57,522 nucleotides of DNA from a virus (IMGVR_UViG_3300034075_000013:1-57522); one strand, 5' to 3'; shown: positions 9,166 to 18,726, counted from the first letter of the stretch. The notes: generated by a model not told the origin, from the letters alone. Numbers and translations: made by a program.

Positions 9166-9407
9166 AGACCGAACTTGCCCTGCTCCTGGTCAACGAAGGC
9201 CCAATCATGCCTGCCAAGAGCGTTGCCGATCTGCTTGGCGTTACCGAGCGCACGCTGGAGAACCAAATCTACGCCGAGCGCTGCCCGGTGCCTATGTTCA
9301 AGGTCGGTAGCAAGTACGCGGCCCACGTTTCGGACGTTGCCGCCTACATCGACGCGCAGCGCTCAGCCGCTACGGAATTGCTACAGCAACGCCGGCAGCC
9401 CGCATGA
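9162..9407 (+). CDS. xis: Excisionase-like HTH protein
   Basis: VADLLGVTERTLENQ HTH, immediately upstream of att/int. Confidence 0.7.
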   Translation: MKTELALLLVNEGPIMPAKSVADLLGVTERTLENQIYAERCPVPMFKVGSKYAAHVSDVAAYIDAQRSAATELLQQRRQPA

Positions 9408-9423
9408 ATCCTCACCATTCGCG

Positions 9424-9516
9424 CCAATCCAGCATGGGCGCGGTGCATATCCGCCACGGGCTGAATTGAATGCTTTCCACTGGTGAACCCGTCGCTTTCG
9501 TCCCGCTTGGCTGCAT
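9424..9516 (-). mobile_element. attP with replacement 5' end of dusA (core ~9424-9441)
   Basis: Minus strand reads MQPSGTKATGSPVESIQFSPWRICTAPMLDW then diverges; APMxDW is the DusA N-terminal motif targeted by dusA-associated integrases. Confidence 0.8.
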
Positions 9517-9551
9517 GGAAACCCAGTATCTTGCACATCTATACACTGGCC

Positions 9552-9571
9552 GAGTGCTACAGGAGTGCTAC
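9552..9571. repeat. Tandem GAGTGCTAC repeats, putative integrase arm-type sites
   Basis: 9552-9560 and 9563-9571, between att core and int. Confidence 0.45.
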
Positions 9572-9574
9572 GGA

Positions 9575-10576
9575 ATGGCTTCCATCATCCAGGTCGGCGG
9601 CAAGTGGCGGGCTCAGATTCGCCGCAAGGGCTTCCCGCACCAGACGCAGACCTTCGACACCAAGATTCTCGCCCAGAAGTGGGCGCGCAGGGTTGAGCAG
9701 GAAATCGACCACGGCCGGGCCGGGCAACTTGCCCCCTCCCATGTGACCGTGGGCGACCTGATCGACCGCTACGAGCGCGAGATTGGCCTCGTCAAGCCGT
9801 TCGGGCGAAACAAGGCGGCTACCCTCAAGCTCATCAATGCCGGGCTCGGGAAGGAGTCGATTGCGACCCTGACGCCGGAGCGGATCGTCCGGTACATCAC
9901 CGACGACCGGAAGATTCAAGGGGTGACGGCGGCTATCGACTTGACCTACCTCAAAGGCGTGCTACGGGTCGCGCGGGCGCTCTGGAAGGTCGGCGTGGTG
10001 CCGGGAGTGGTGGAGGACGCCCGCGAGATTCTGAAGTACATGGGGCTGGCGAGCCGGTCCAACGAGCGGGACAGGCGGCCAACAGCGGACGAGCTGGACA
10101 AACTGCGCAAGTGGTTTGCGGCCCGGTCGGAAACCCTGACCGTGGATCACATCGACTTCATCCTGTCGTCATGCTTCCGCCCGCCTAGCGAAGTAACCCG
10201 CCTGCGCTGGGAAGACCTGAACGAGCAGGACAAAACGATCCTGATCCGGGACCGGAAAGACCCGCGCAAGAAGATCGGAAACAACCAGACGGTGCCCCTG
10301 CTCGGGGACAGCTTCGCCATCGTCCAGCGCCAGCCGCGAACCGGGGAATACATCTTCCCGGTGAACGGCAAGAGCTGGAGCAGCCTGTTTCCGCGAGCCT
10401 GTCAGGAGTTGGGGATTGTCGGCCTGGTGCTCTATGACTTGCGCCATGAGGCCATCAGCCGGCTAGTGGAGTCGGGCAAGTACACCATCCCGGAAATGAT
10501 GCTTGTGACCGGCCACAAGGAGCCGAAGCAGTTGATGCGGTACACGCAGCTTCGGGCTAAGGATTTGCACCGATAA
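9575..10576 (+). CDS. int: Tyrosine integrase (dusA-associated type)
   Basis: MASIIQVGGKWRAQIRRKG arm domain; catalytic R (FRPPSE), YDLRHEAISRL, TGHK, MRY. Confidence 0.9.
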   Translation: MASIIQVGGKWRAQIRRKGFPHQTQTFDTKILAQKWARRVEQEIDHGRAGQLAPSHVTVGDLIDRYEREIGLVKPFGRNKAATLKLINAGLGKESIATLTPERIVRYITDDRKIQGVTAAIDLTYLKGVLRVARALWKVGVVPGVVEDAREILKYMGLASRSNERDRRPTADELDKLRKWFAARSETLTVDHIDFILSSCFRPPSEVTRLRWEDLNEQDKTILIRDRKDPRKKIGNNQTVPLLGDSFAIVQRQPRTGEYIFPVNGKSWSSLFPRACQELGIVGLVLYDLRHEAISRLVESGKYTIPEMMLVTGHKEPKQLMRYTQLRAKDLHR

Positions 10577-10607
10577 ACGGCAAGGGCCGGAGACTAAGGG
10601 GAAAACG

Positions 10608-10916
10608 ATGGACACCAGAATCAACGAAGTACGCGAACTAATCGCCGCCGACTTGCTCACCGCCTGCAAGCCTTACCTGAAAGACGGAGAGACTCCGGCC
10701 GAGTGCATTGAACGCCATCGGAAGGACGCGGCAGCGGTGTTCCTGTACTACAACGACGCCCAGCGATGGCGCTACGTCCGCGATCATTGGGACGAAGTAG
10801 GCGGCATCTGCCTACCTGCGCCCGGCAAGCCAGATATGACCGATCCTAAGCGGCTAACGGCCTACGTGGACGACCTCCGCACCATGACCCCTAGCCGGTC
10901 AGACGAGCCCAAATAG
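10608..10916 (+). CDS. Hypothetical protein
   Basis: ORF with RBS; PYLKDGETPAECIER and DAQRWRYVRD phage motifs. Confidence 0.65.
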   Translation: MDTRINEVRELIAADLLTACKPYLKDGETPAECIERHRKDAAAVFLYYNDAQRWRYVRDHWDEVGGICLPAPGKPDMTDPKRLTAYVDDLRTMTPSRSDEPK

Positions 10917-10965
10917 GACTGTGTTTGCATTCATCACTTATTCACAAGTAGCGAAGGAACGGAAC

Positions 10966-11238
10966 ATGATTGAACTGCCGGAACTGCCAGTGCCAGTAGT
11001 TGCACCTTCGACGTTGGTGACGACGGCAAGCGGAACATTTGGTCCGCTTTTCACCGCCGACCAGATGCGCGCCTTCGCCCGCCAAGCAGTAGCAGAGGCT
11101 ATGGAGAGGGCTGCGCAGATCGCGGACAAGTATGCCAAGCGCGATTTCACTTGGGGAAGCGAGAACTCCGACCGCCACCACGCTCAGGCAGATTGGGCGG
11201 AACTGATCGCCGCCGCTATACGGAAGGAAACGCTATGA
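10966..11238 (+). CDS. Hypothetical protein
   Basis: FTADQMRAFARQAV motif. Confidence 0.65.
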   Translation: MIELPELPVPVVAPSTLVTTASGTFGPLFTADQMRAFARQAVAEAMERAAQIADKYAKRDFTWGSENSDRHHAQADWAELIAAAIRKETL

Positions 11239-11417
11239 AACGCGCACTAGACGAAGTCGCGGCCTCGGCCGATGAGCGCCTACGCGGCCCCAAAAACGAA
11301 TCCGAGTGCCCCGACTGTGGCGCCACTGTGCGCGGCTATTTTGACGAAAACGGGCGGCTTCACTTGGAACACGTAAAGCACAGTAGCAACACGTCCGCAG
11401 CCAAGGAGCCCCTATGA
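11235..11417 (+). CDS. Small zinc-ribbon protein
   Basis: CPDCG, ATGA overlap. Confidence 0.5.
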   Translation: MKRALDEVAASADERLRGPKNESECPDCGATVRGYFDENGRLHLEHVKHSSNTSAAKEPL

Positions 11418-11674
11418 ACCTCCCCCCCTTCCCTGAAGGCTTTCTTCCCCGATTCCCCGAAGAACGGCTCATGCTCGTGCAGTGGGGCGAACAGTGCCGG
11501 GCGATGTATAAGGAAGATGCGGAGCGGCTGGACTGGCTAATGCTTCACGTCAGCGGCCGGGAATTGCGGAGACTGAACGTGTGGACCAGCGCCGGATGCG
11601 ACCGCGCTGCTATTGACGCTGCCCGTGGCGCCCAAAAAGAAACCGCCCCCGCCCCACTAGGGGACGAGGGCTAA
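11414..11674 (+). CDS. Hypothetical protein
   Basis: DAERLDWL...RAAIDAA motif. Confidence 0.65.
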   Translation: MNLPPFPEGFLPRFPEERLMLVQWGEQCRAMYKEDAERLDWLMLHVSGRELRRLNVWTSAGCDRAAIDAARGAQKETAPAPLGDEG

Positions 11675-11729
11675 GCCGGCATGTCCGGCAGGAGAGATTA
11701 ATGAGTGAATCTGATAAAGGGGGTGGGGA

Positions 11730-12038
11730 ATGACGTGTATCCGCATGGGGAACGCCATCGTCTGCGTCAGCCCGTGGGGCCGGCTCAAGTTGGGCAACCG
11801 TTACGTGTGGGTTGACTTCCACGAATACTGCGGGCCTAGCTTCTATTGGGACGCGGCCATGACGAAGGTCTATGACCCGGTGGACGAGAGCGATCCCGTA
11901 TGGGATCAGTTCGTCAACTGGCTCGACAAGTACCGCGCCGGCAAGGCAAGGCGGGAGCGCGTCCAAGCCGCTAGAGCCGCCCGCGCCGCCCGTCATTCGT
12001 TATCGCAAGCCTCGCACCTAGCCGGAGGCGGCTCCTGA
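11730..12038 (+). CDS. Hypothetical protein
   Basis: Last + strand ORF before convergence with the late operon. Confidence 0.6.
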   Translation: MTCIRMGNAIVCVSPWGRLKLGNRYVWVDFHEYCGPSFYWDAAMTKVYDPVDESDPVWDQFVNWLDKYRAGKARRERVQAARAARAARHSLSQASHLAGGGS

Positions 12039-12047
12039 AACCCTACC

Positions 12048-12299
12048 TCACCGCGCGAACTTCGCCGCAACAGCCTGAATCGCCGCCCGCAGCCCATAGT
12101 TGAACAACCGGCGCACCGCGTAGCTTCGGGCCACGCTGACGACGGTGAACATAAGTCCGATCCACAGATTCTGTAGCAGGCTGATCCCCATCCCCATCAC
12201 GCCGTTGAGGATGACGAGGTTCATGCAGTAGTTGATCCCGAAGCCCAAAGCGACGTTGACCCATGCCTCGATGAACGAGCCTAGGCGGGTCTGGTTCAC
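12048..12299 (-). CDS. Small membrane protein
   Basis: Two hydrophobic helices; SFIEAWVNVALGF...SVARSYAVRRLFN. Confidence 0.7.
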   Translation of the reverse strand: MNQTRLGSFIEAWVNVALGFGINYCMNLVILNGVMGMGISLLQNLWIGLMFTVVSVARSYAVRRLFNYGLRAAIQAVAAKFAR

Positions 12300-12760
12300 T
12301 TGCCGGCCTCATTCTCAAGCTCGGTCTGTAGGAGCGCCAGAGCCCGCCAAGCCAGTTTTGCCGAGTGCCGCATACCGTCCGAGTCGAAGCGCCCCCTGTC
12401 AATCAGGTGGCGCGGGATGCAATCGGCGTGATCCATGCTCTTGCCTTTTTCCCAGTGCAGCGGCTTTCCGGGATGGTGTTGCTCGTTCCCTGCCTTGGAC
12501 ACCTTCGCCACTTCGGCAACCGCCAACGGGAAGTAATCGAGAACGCCAGTCGTGATCGGGATGTTCTTGCGCTCGGCTGGGTCGGACGGCAGAAGCATTT
12601 CTCGCTTCACCGCCTGAAGCGTATCTGTAGCCTTTTGCGCTTCAACTGTCGCCACTTCGGCGACAACAAAGCCGTCAGCGTCGTGCCGGCGGATCGGGTT
12701 ATCCAGCAGCCTCGCCGCTCTCTCTGATTCAATCTGTCCTGAACCATAGGGGAATGTCAT
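12296..12760 (-). CDS. dATP/dGTP diphosphohydrolase (DUF5664-like) domain protein
   Basis: LDYFPLAVAEVAKVSKAG...W.KG...RHL...DSDGMRH.AKLAWRALALL. Confidence 0.7.
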   Translation of the reverse strand: MTFPYGSGQIESERAARLLDNPIRRHDADGFVVAEVATVEAQKATDTLQAVKREMLLPSDPAERKNIPITTGVLDYFPLAVAEVAKVSKAGNEQHHPGKPLHWEKGKSMDHADCIPRHLIDRGRFDSDGMRHSAKLAWRALALLQTELENEAGK

Positions 12761-12949
12761 GGTCTGCTCCTTTGAATAGCCAGCAGCGTTGTTAAAGATT
12801 CGGGGCACTACTTTTCACAGCTTCCAGCGCACGACGGCCGCCGGACCCGCGAAAGTGCCTACGGTCGCAGGCATAAGCAGCCATGGATCGGTCGTGTAGC
12901 CGATAGCGCCTGCGCTCGTAGGCAGAGCGAGGAATAACGGCCAGCCAGG

Positions 12950-14104
12950 TCATAGGGCCATGCTCATATCGAACCTTGACCGCTGAATCTCACCGTATGC
13001 TCGGTGATAGATGATCGCGTTCATGTCGGATTCCGCCCGGTAGCCTTTGCCAGCCGCCCATGCATCCTGTGGCGGCAACGTGCGGTGAGTCTCGACAACG
13101 CATCCGGGGAACTCTTTGGCCGTCTTGTGGTGGATGTGGCCGCAGTGCCAGACGCGAAACGAGGTTTCGCCCCAGTCCTGTTTGCGGTCGGTCGCCATGA
13201 TGAGCGGAAGATCAGCCGCCTTGGCGCCGTGGCCGTGGTGCGCGCCGAGCAGGTTTTGTCCGAAGCGGTGATACTTGTAGAGCGACGCCCCGAGGTCAAC
13301 GACTACGCGCGGCTCGTTGTGGAAGTAGAACGAGATGGCAAGGGCCAGCGCGAAGGCAGCATCCGGGTCGTGGTTCCCCCTCATATTCCACACAAACACC
13401 CGCTTATGCTTGCGCAGAAGCCGCAGGATGCTATGCACCAACGCCAGCGCCCCCGAGTGCATGACGCGCCCGTAACGGGTGTCTACGTCTAGCCTGTTGT
13501 GGTGCCCGGGCGTTTCATTGGTGCTGTCGTTTGCATGAAGGTAGTCGCCCAAGTTGATTAGGAGTGCGTCCTCTGCGGGCGGTGCCAATGTGGCGAGGTA
13601 ATCGACGGCAGTTTCCAGCGCGTGAGCTGAAATCTTGCAGTCATAGTCCCGCCCGCCCGTCTCGTCACCATCGGCATACATCCCGTGGTGGTGATCGCCG
13701 ATTGGGTACACCGCCAGCAAATCGGCGTTGGTCATGGTCGGCGGCTTGACCGTAGGGGCCTTACCCTTTACGTCCTCCATCAGATCCGTGACGAACTCTC
13801 GCAGCATTGCCTCCTGCTGCTTCTTGTCCGCTGCCGTCTTGACCCATTGAAGGCCGTCGCCGGTCTTTGTGAGCGTAGAGGTTCCGGTGATGGCGAAGCC
13901 GCCCGGGATGCGGTTCACATCCTGGTGCTGGGTGGCGCTTTTCTGCGCCGCCGTCACTTCCAGCGAACGAATCGACCGTTGCAGCGTCCTCGGGTTGATC
14001 CCGAGCGCCCGAGCGGCCCCATTCTCGCTGCCGTGCTTTTCGATGGCATCAAGGTATTCAAGCTGTCGGACGGAGGCCCAACTGCGAAGCTCGGCGTTCA
14101 TCAC
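12950..14104 (-). CDS. Calcineurin-like metallophosphoesterase with N-terminal HTH
   Basis: GDHH, LGD, GNHD, HHGH, GHIH motifs; AARALGINPRTLQR HTH. Confidence 0.8.
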   Translation of the reverse strand: MMNAELRSWASVRQLEYLDAIEKHGSENGAARALGINPRTLQRSIRSLEVTAAQKSATQHQDVNRIPGGFAITGTSTLTKTGDGLQWVKTAADKKQQEAMLREFVTDLMEDVKGKAPTVKPPTMTNADLLAVYPIGDHHHGMYADGDETGGRDYDCKISAHALETAVDYLATLAPPAEDALLINLGDYLHANDSTNETPGHHNRLDVDTRYGRVMHSGALALVHSILRLLRKHKRVFVWNMRGNHDPDAAFALALAISFYFHNEPRVVVDLGASLYKYHRFGQNLLGAHHGHGAKAADLPLIMATDRKQDWGETSFRVWHCGHIHHKTAKEFPGCVVETHRTLPPQDAWAAGKGYRAESDMNAIIYHRAYGEIQRSRFDMSMAL

Positions 14105-14529
14105 GAGCCCTTTAGCTTATGCAGCACGATCTCTCCCCCGCTGCTGGCATCGACCAATGTGGCAATTTCTACCGCCCGCTTTACATTCGCGCCGGCCAGC
14201 ATCGCGCCCAAGGCAGCGTTTCCGCCCGATCCGATGGCGTGAAACCCGCGCTCGATAGGTTCCGGAACGAGGTTGCTGGCCCAATAGAACAGCCCTTCGC
14301 CGTTCAGCACCAGCGCGCAAAAGTTGTCCGCGATCTTCGGCTTCGGAAGCCTCTGGCCGTCCGCGTACCATGTGACAAACTGGCGAATGGAAGCCGCCTC
14401 ACCAGCCCCGCCGATCAGGGCATCAGCGGCACGGTGGACCTTCGTTGAGGGCCACCAACTGTCTGCGGTGGAGGTCATGGAGTCGCAGGCCATGCAACCC
14501 CGTTTTGCGTCAGCGGCGACGGTCGTCAT
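14101..14529 (-). CDS. HslV/proteasome-beta-like Ntn peptidase
   Basis: N-terminal MTT nucleophile, ACDS, K, AIGSGG motifs. Confidence 0.7.
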   Translation of the reverse strand: MTTVAADAKRGCMACDSMTSTADSWWPSTKVHRAADALIGGAGEAASIRQFVTWYADGQRLPKPKIADNFCALVLNGEGLFYWASNLVPEPIERGFHAIGSGGNAALGAMLAGANVKRAVEIATLVDASSGGEIVLHKLKGS

Positions 14530-14810
14530 GCTTCCGGCGCCCTCCGGAGGATCGAAACCGGCAGCATCAACTGATCGCCGTCCTCGAAGATCACAGCAAT
14601 CGCATCGCGCGACACTGGAGCCCAACAGGCCTTCCAGTCCTTGCCGTCGATGACAGCAGAGGCGGCGAGCATCACATCCCTCTGCGGGATAGGAAGCTCA
14701 CACGGCACGGTCATCAGCCGGATCGAGTTTTTCCCGTCAGACGCCAGAAAATCAGCCTGAGCCGAGAAAGCGAGCATGGCGATGCCCGCGCCGACGATGT
14801 AGCGCTTCAT
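14526..14810 (-). CDS. Secreted hypothetical protein
   Basis: Signal peptide ending AQA. Confidence 0.6.
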   Translation of the reverse strand: MKRYIVGAGIAMLAFSAQADFLASDGKNSIRLMTVPCELPIPQRDVMLAASAVIDGKDWKACWAPVSRDAIAVIFEDGDQLMLPVSILRRAPEA

Positions 14811-14890
14811 GGGGTGCCTCCTTGGGGGAATGAGCCGACGAGCGGCAGGGCCTACCGTGGGAACCGAAGGTGCTTACTCGGAAGTCAAGT

Positions 14891-15334
14891 TCAACGCGGC
14901 CAGGCGTCTAAGAGAAGCCTTACATCGCTGGCGTGCGCGTCAGCCGCTCGCGCAAGCTCCGTAAGAAGCTCTCCACTCTCGATGAGTAGCTTTCCGAGGG
15001 CGTCGGCTCGCTGATCTGCGGCGGCGCAGGATTGCGCGCTGGCTGGCTGGGGGGTGCCGATGGTGTCGCGCAGGCGGTCAAGCTCGCTGCGAGCACGACG
15101 ATTGTCAGCAGCAAGGCTATTCGTGCGGGCTGCGGCCAGCTTTGCAGCCTCGTCCGCACGTCTCTGACGAGCGTTTTCAAGCGCGCGGGCCTCTTGATTG
15201 GCGGTCGCTGTTGCTGCCATCCATTCGGTTCGTGCATTGTTCTTTCCTGCCCTGTAGACGGTGAAGTGAGAAAAGGCAAGCGCAGCCACCAGCGCAGCAG
15301 CTAGCCACAGACGGGGCGACAGGAGTGCGAACAT
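14891..15334 (-). CDS. Rz: i-spanin (Rz-like)
   Basis: N-terminal TM plus coiled coil, directly after endolysin. Confidence 0.8.
   Translation of the reverse strand: MFALLSPRLWLAAALVAALAFSHFTVYRAGKNNARTEWMAATATANQEARALENARQRRADEAAKLAAARTNSLAADNRRARSELDRLRDTIGTPQPASAQSCAAADQRADALGKLLIESGELLTELARAADAHASDVRLLLDAWPR
14920..15279 (-). CDS. Rz1: o-spanin (Rz1-like lipoprotein) embedded in Rz; true start probably downstream
   Basis: Lipobox LTAC followed by Pro-rich segment in an alternate frame. Confidence 0.7.
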   Translation of the reverse strand: MPFLTSPSTGQERTMHEPNGWQQQRPPIKRPARLKTLVRDVRTRLQSWPQPARIALLLTIVVLAASLTACATPSAPPSQPARNPAPPQISEPTPSESYSSRVESFLRSLRERLTRTPAM

Positions 15335-15906
15335 CACTGTGCCCCCATGCAGGTCGTGTGGCGCTTCAACTGCCGCGCCCACACTCCCCAGCAGCGCCGG
15401 TTCGGCTTGCCGTCCACCAGGGTGGAGCAGTCATAGCGAAGGATGCCGTCGCGCCCGCGAACCATGCCAGTGCCTTCCTTTTCGCCGGGAGCCGCCTTGA
15501 CCATACGAAACTCCTTGTAGGCTTCGCACGAACCCATGTAGTCACCAGCATTAGCCCGCTGGACGATGTTGGAGCGGCACAGCGCCCCTACCCCGTACTG
15601 GTAAGCAAAGTCTGCCATCAGGTCATACTCGGCTTGGTGCAGGGGAGCGGTGACACAGCGCTTGATCTGGGCGTCGGCCTTCTGTGTGTAGGCCAGCGTC
15701 CTTTGAAGCGCCTCTATCGGATTAGTGCGGTCGCCCATCTGGACCGGAGAGCCGTCTTGGCGAGTCGTCATCCCGAAACCGTAGGTCGGAACGTCGGCCT
15801 TGACCGGAATCACGGCCTCGTCGGTGTAGCCCTCATGCACCGCCAGCCCCACCAGAGCAGCCGCCGACAGGCTCAGCGAGGCAACAACAATGCGGGCGCT
15901 ACTCAT
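15334..15906 (-). CDS. SAR endolysin, T4-lysozyme-like (GH24)
   Basis: N-terminal Ala/Ser-rich hydrophobic SAR segment, HEGY...DVPTYGFG. Confidence 0.85.
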   Translation of the reverse strand: MSSARIVVASLSLSAAALVGLAVHEGYTDEAVIPVKADVPTYGFGMTTRQDGSPVQMGDRTNPIEALQRTLAYTQKADAQIKRCVTAPLHQAEYDLMADFAYQYGVGALCRSNIVQRANAGDYMGSCEAYKEFRMVKAAPGEKEGTGMVRGRDGILRYDCSTLVDGKPNRRCWGVWARQLKRHTTCMGAQ

Positions 15907-16144
15907 CCGGGTCCGCCTTGGCTTTTTCTCTCGCCAACCGCAAGTGTTGAGACTTGAAGTGCCAGTTCATCGCGGTATTCACCACAAAGCCGATGATTGC
16001 CACGATCAGCCCGCCGAAAGCGGCAAGCTCCGTCGCGGTGAATCCGCCCCACAAAGCGACGGCAGCGCCGCCTCTCTCGGCAGCAACCGCCGCCTTGGAA
16101 ACAACGGGGGCGACCACTGCCGCAAACTTGGATGGTTCACTCAT
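15899..16144 (-). CDS. Holin
   Basis: Small TM protein with charged C-terminus upstream of endolysin. Confidence 0.75.
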   Translation of the reverse strand: MSEPSKFAAVVAPVVSKAAVAAERGGAAVALWGGFTATELAAFGGLIVAIIGFVVNTAMNWHFKSQHLRLAREKAKADPDE

Positions 16145-16173
16145 TGCGCGCGGCTCCTATCGCGTCAGGCGTT

Positions 16174-16193
16174 AAAAAACCCGCCGAAGCGGG
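16174..16193 (-). terminator. Intrinsic terminator
   Basis: CCCGC-TTCG-GCGGG-TTTTTT on minus strand. Confidence 0.75.
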
Positions 16194-16285
16194 CTGGTGT
16201 TCCGGGAGGGCATCACTCACCTCAGGTGCGGTAGACGGGGAGCAGCGGCAGCGATGCCGGGGCGGGCTATCCAGGAGTACATGGC

Positions 16286-16741
16286 TCACCTGACTACGAT
16301 GTCGTCAAAGTAAGCCTTGTCCCCGGTGCTTCCCCACGCGGCAGACGAGGCGACGGCAAGCTGAATGAATGTTGTTGTGGTCGTCGCCGTGAACTGGATC
16401 GCCACCGTCGTTAGTGCGCCATTTGCGGACACCGTTTGCTCTGCAAGTTTTACGCCTAGCAAGTCGCTGTCGTAGACAAAAATCCGAGCCGATGCTGCGA
16501 TGGCATTGGCCGCGTCTGCCTCGATGGTCGCTGACAGCCTGTACGTTCGGCCAACTACGGTGCGCAGCGTTTGTCCGGCGTGCTTATTGCTAAGCCCTCC
16601 AATACAAGTGACCGTCAGTCTGCCATCGCCTGCGGCCAACGATACGTTCGCTGTCGGAATCCAGTAAGCTGTACCGTTTGAAAATCTCCCGTTCTTCACG
16701 ATGGGAGGGATTGTCATCAGTAGCCACGCCGCCTTGTTCAT
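16286..16741 (-). CDS. Carbohydrate-binding-module-like protein
   Basis: VKNGRFSNGTAYW...YFDDIVV galactose-binding-like signature; follows the tailspike. Confidence 0.6.
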   Translation of the reverse strand: MNKAAWLLMTIPPIVKNGRFSNGTAYWIPTANVSLAAGDGRLTVTCIGGLSNKHAGQTLRTVVGRTYRLSATIEADAANAIAASARIFVYDSDLLGVKLAEQTVSANGALTTVAIQFTATTTTTFIQLAVASSAAWGSTGDKAYFDDIVVR

Positions 16742-16771
16742 CTTTTCCCCTTGATGCAATACAGCTTTTGT

Positions 16772-18598
16772 TCACACGGCCACGTTGTCAACAGCGCTTG
16801 TCGGGGCCGAGAAGTCGGTAAGCGCCGTGGCTGTGTGCGTGTTGCCTTGTAATACGCACTTGGTCGGGTCGTTGTTCCACTTCTTGATCGGTGTGTATGC
16901 GACATCCGTCGATTCAAAGTGATTGCCGCGTGCTAGAAGCGTGTGCTTGGTTGTGGGCGCGTAGTCGCAACGAATCGCACCGTTGGCCCCTACGCCGTAC
17001 CATTTTGTTGAGTTGAAGGAAGTAACGAACGTCCCCACAATGGAAAGGTCGAACCGGCAGGCGTTAAACCGGGCATCGTTAACGTACATGGAAACATTGG
17101 TCCCTCCAAACTCGTTGACGACATCCACGAACAAGCCGCCGTCGATCACAATTTCCGACCCGGATGAGAGAGCCGACGAGGCGCACCACTTAGCTCCAAC
17201 CGAAGCGCTGGTGAATTTGCAGCTCGGCCCCGTGTAGAGACGGTCGCCCAACAGCGCGGAATACAACGTGGTGTAAAGTGAGATACTGCTTTCGCACACA
17301 CTGACGCAATCAAACCGCTGGCGCATAACGTGGATGCCGTCCACCATCCCGCGCAGCGTGTAGCTAGTTCCGAGTGAGCGCGAGAAGACATTCACCCAGC
17401 CGGAGTCGGCGTGGAATGTGCCGTTTGTGATCACCGGGCGCTCGATCATGAGGCGGTCGATGGCCGAAGTCTCTCGCCCGTCTACGAGAACCCCACCGTT
17501 CGCCGCCCCACAAACGATGTCATCGAACACTGGACGGGCGATGCTCAATTCTGCCGCCCCTCCGGTTATATGAACTCCGGTCGTTATCTTTTGCGCAAAA
17601 CAGTCCTCGATGTTCACCGCTCCATAAGTGCCGGAGCCATCAACTGAGTACGCCACAGGCAAGCGCCCTGCGCCACCGTACATCCTGCACCGCTGCGCAT
17701 TGACCGTCCCTTGAGCGTTGTTTCCCAACCCGAGTACCACCATACCGGCCACACGGCCGGAAGTCTGCCCGGCATTGCCTGCGATGTTGACCCCGACACA
17801 GTCGACAAAATCGACGCTGTTGGTGTTCTCGGCCCAAAATGCGGTGTTGTATTCGGCGGCGCTGTTGTCGCAATAGTGGGGCTCGTCGGTGATGCATCGC
17901 CGGAAAATCACCCTGTCTCCCTTGGTCGCCCCATTCCCCTCGGAGACAAACCCGATGCGCCTTGGCCGGTAGGCGCGGCAATCCTCCGCCAGTGCATCGG
18001 TGCAGCCGCCGAAGAAAAACCCGTCAGCCGGGCCGGCACCGTCCTGTTGGTAGCGGATGTCGCTGGCGAGGCACCTGGCAACGTGCGGGCGTGCGTGCGA
18101 GTAGAAATTGAACCCGGCGTGGATCACGTTGCTCGCGCTCACGTCAATAATCTTTACGCCCGAGCCGCCATCAACCCCGACTCCGGTAGACTTGAAATTC
18201 CCGTCTATGGAAAGGCCGACAAGCGTAAGGTTTGCCCGGCTGGGGTAATACACGACCCCGAACACATTGGTTAAAATTTCCGATCCGGCGAGCTGCTTGA
18301 GGGTCGCCCCGTACCCCCATACATCTACGCGCGGCTGAAATTTCCCCGAGTAGCCAAACGCGAACCCGCAGGGGAAGAGCAGCGCTCTGTTATTGGCATA
18401 CGCGAATGCTTCCGCAGCATCTATCGCCGCCGTGTCGTCCGTCTCCCCATCCCCGACAGCGCCGTAGTGCTTGACGTTGACGAACGGAACAAGGTCAGAC
18501 GTGGCAAACCTCTTCAACACTCCCCCCGTCTCCCCTACTACAGTAGAGGAAGAGGTGGGGGTGGCGGTGGCAAGATCGGAAACGAGTACGTCCGGCAT
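16772..18598 (-). CDS. Tailspike / beta-helix depolymerase
   Basis: VNVKHYGAVGDGETDDTAAI pectate-lyase-3-type start; beta-helix repeats. Confidence 0.85.
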   Translation of the reverse strand: MPDVLVSDLATATPTSSSTVVGETGGVLKRFATSDLVPFVNVKHYGAVGDGETDDTAAIDAAEAFAYANNRALLFPCGFAFGYSGKFQPRVDVWGYGATLKQLAGSEILTNVFGVVYYPSRANLTLVGLSIDGNFKSTGVGVDGGSGVKIIDVSASNVIHAGFNFYSHARPHVARCLASDIRYQQDGAGPADGFFFGGCTDALAEDCRAYRPRRIGFVSEGNGATKGDRVIFRRCITDEPHYCDNSAAEYNTAFWAENTNSVDFVDCVGVNIAGNAGQTSGRVAGMVVLGLGNNAQGTVNAQRCRMYGGAGRLPVAYSVDGSGTYGAVNIEDCFAQKITTGVHITGGAAELSIARPVFDDIVCGAANGGVLVDGRETSAIDRLMIERPVITNGTFHADSGWVNVFSRSLGTSYTLRGMVDGIHVMRQRFDCVSVCESSISLYTTLYSALLGDRLYTGPSCKFTSASVGAKWCASSALSSGSEIVIDGGLFVDVVNEFGGTNVSMYVNDARFNACRFDLSIVGTFVTSFNSTKWYGVGANGAIRCDYAPTTKHTLLARGNHFESTDVAYTPIKKWNNDPTKCVLQGNTHTATALTDFSAPTSAVDNVAV

Positions 18599-18599
18599 A

Positions 18600-18710
18600 T
18601 CAGCTAAAGGAAATGGCCAGCCGGTTGCCATTGGCATCCACGATGCGCAGGCGACGGTCTGTGACGAGATAGGTGGCGTAGATCAGTAGCGCCCGCGTTT
18701 TGGCTCTCAT
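18600..18710 (-). CDS. Small protein (36 aa) preceding the tailspike
   Basis: MRAKTRALLIYATYLVTDRRLRIVDANGNRLAISFS, abuts the tailspike ATG. Confidence 0.4.
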   Translation of the reverse strand: MRAKTRALLIYATYLVTDRRLRIVDANGNRLAISFS

Positions 18711-18726
18711 GGCTGGTCCCGACGTG

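Noticed and set aside
12296-12760. 2-aminoadenine (Z) genome pathway
   Set aside because: No PurZ, DatZ or DNA polymerase recognisable
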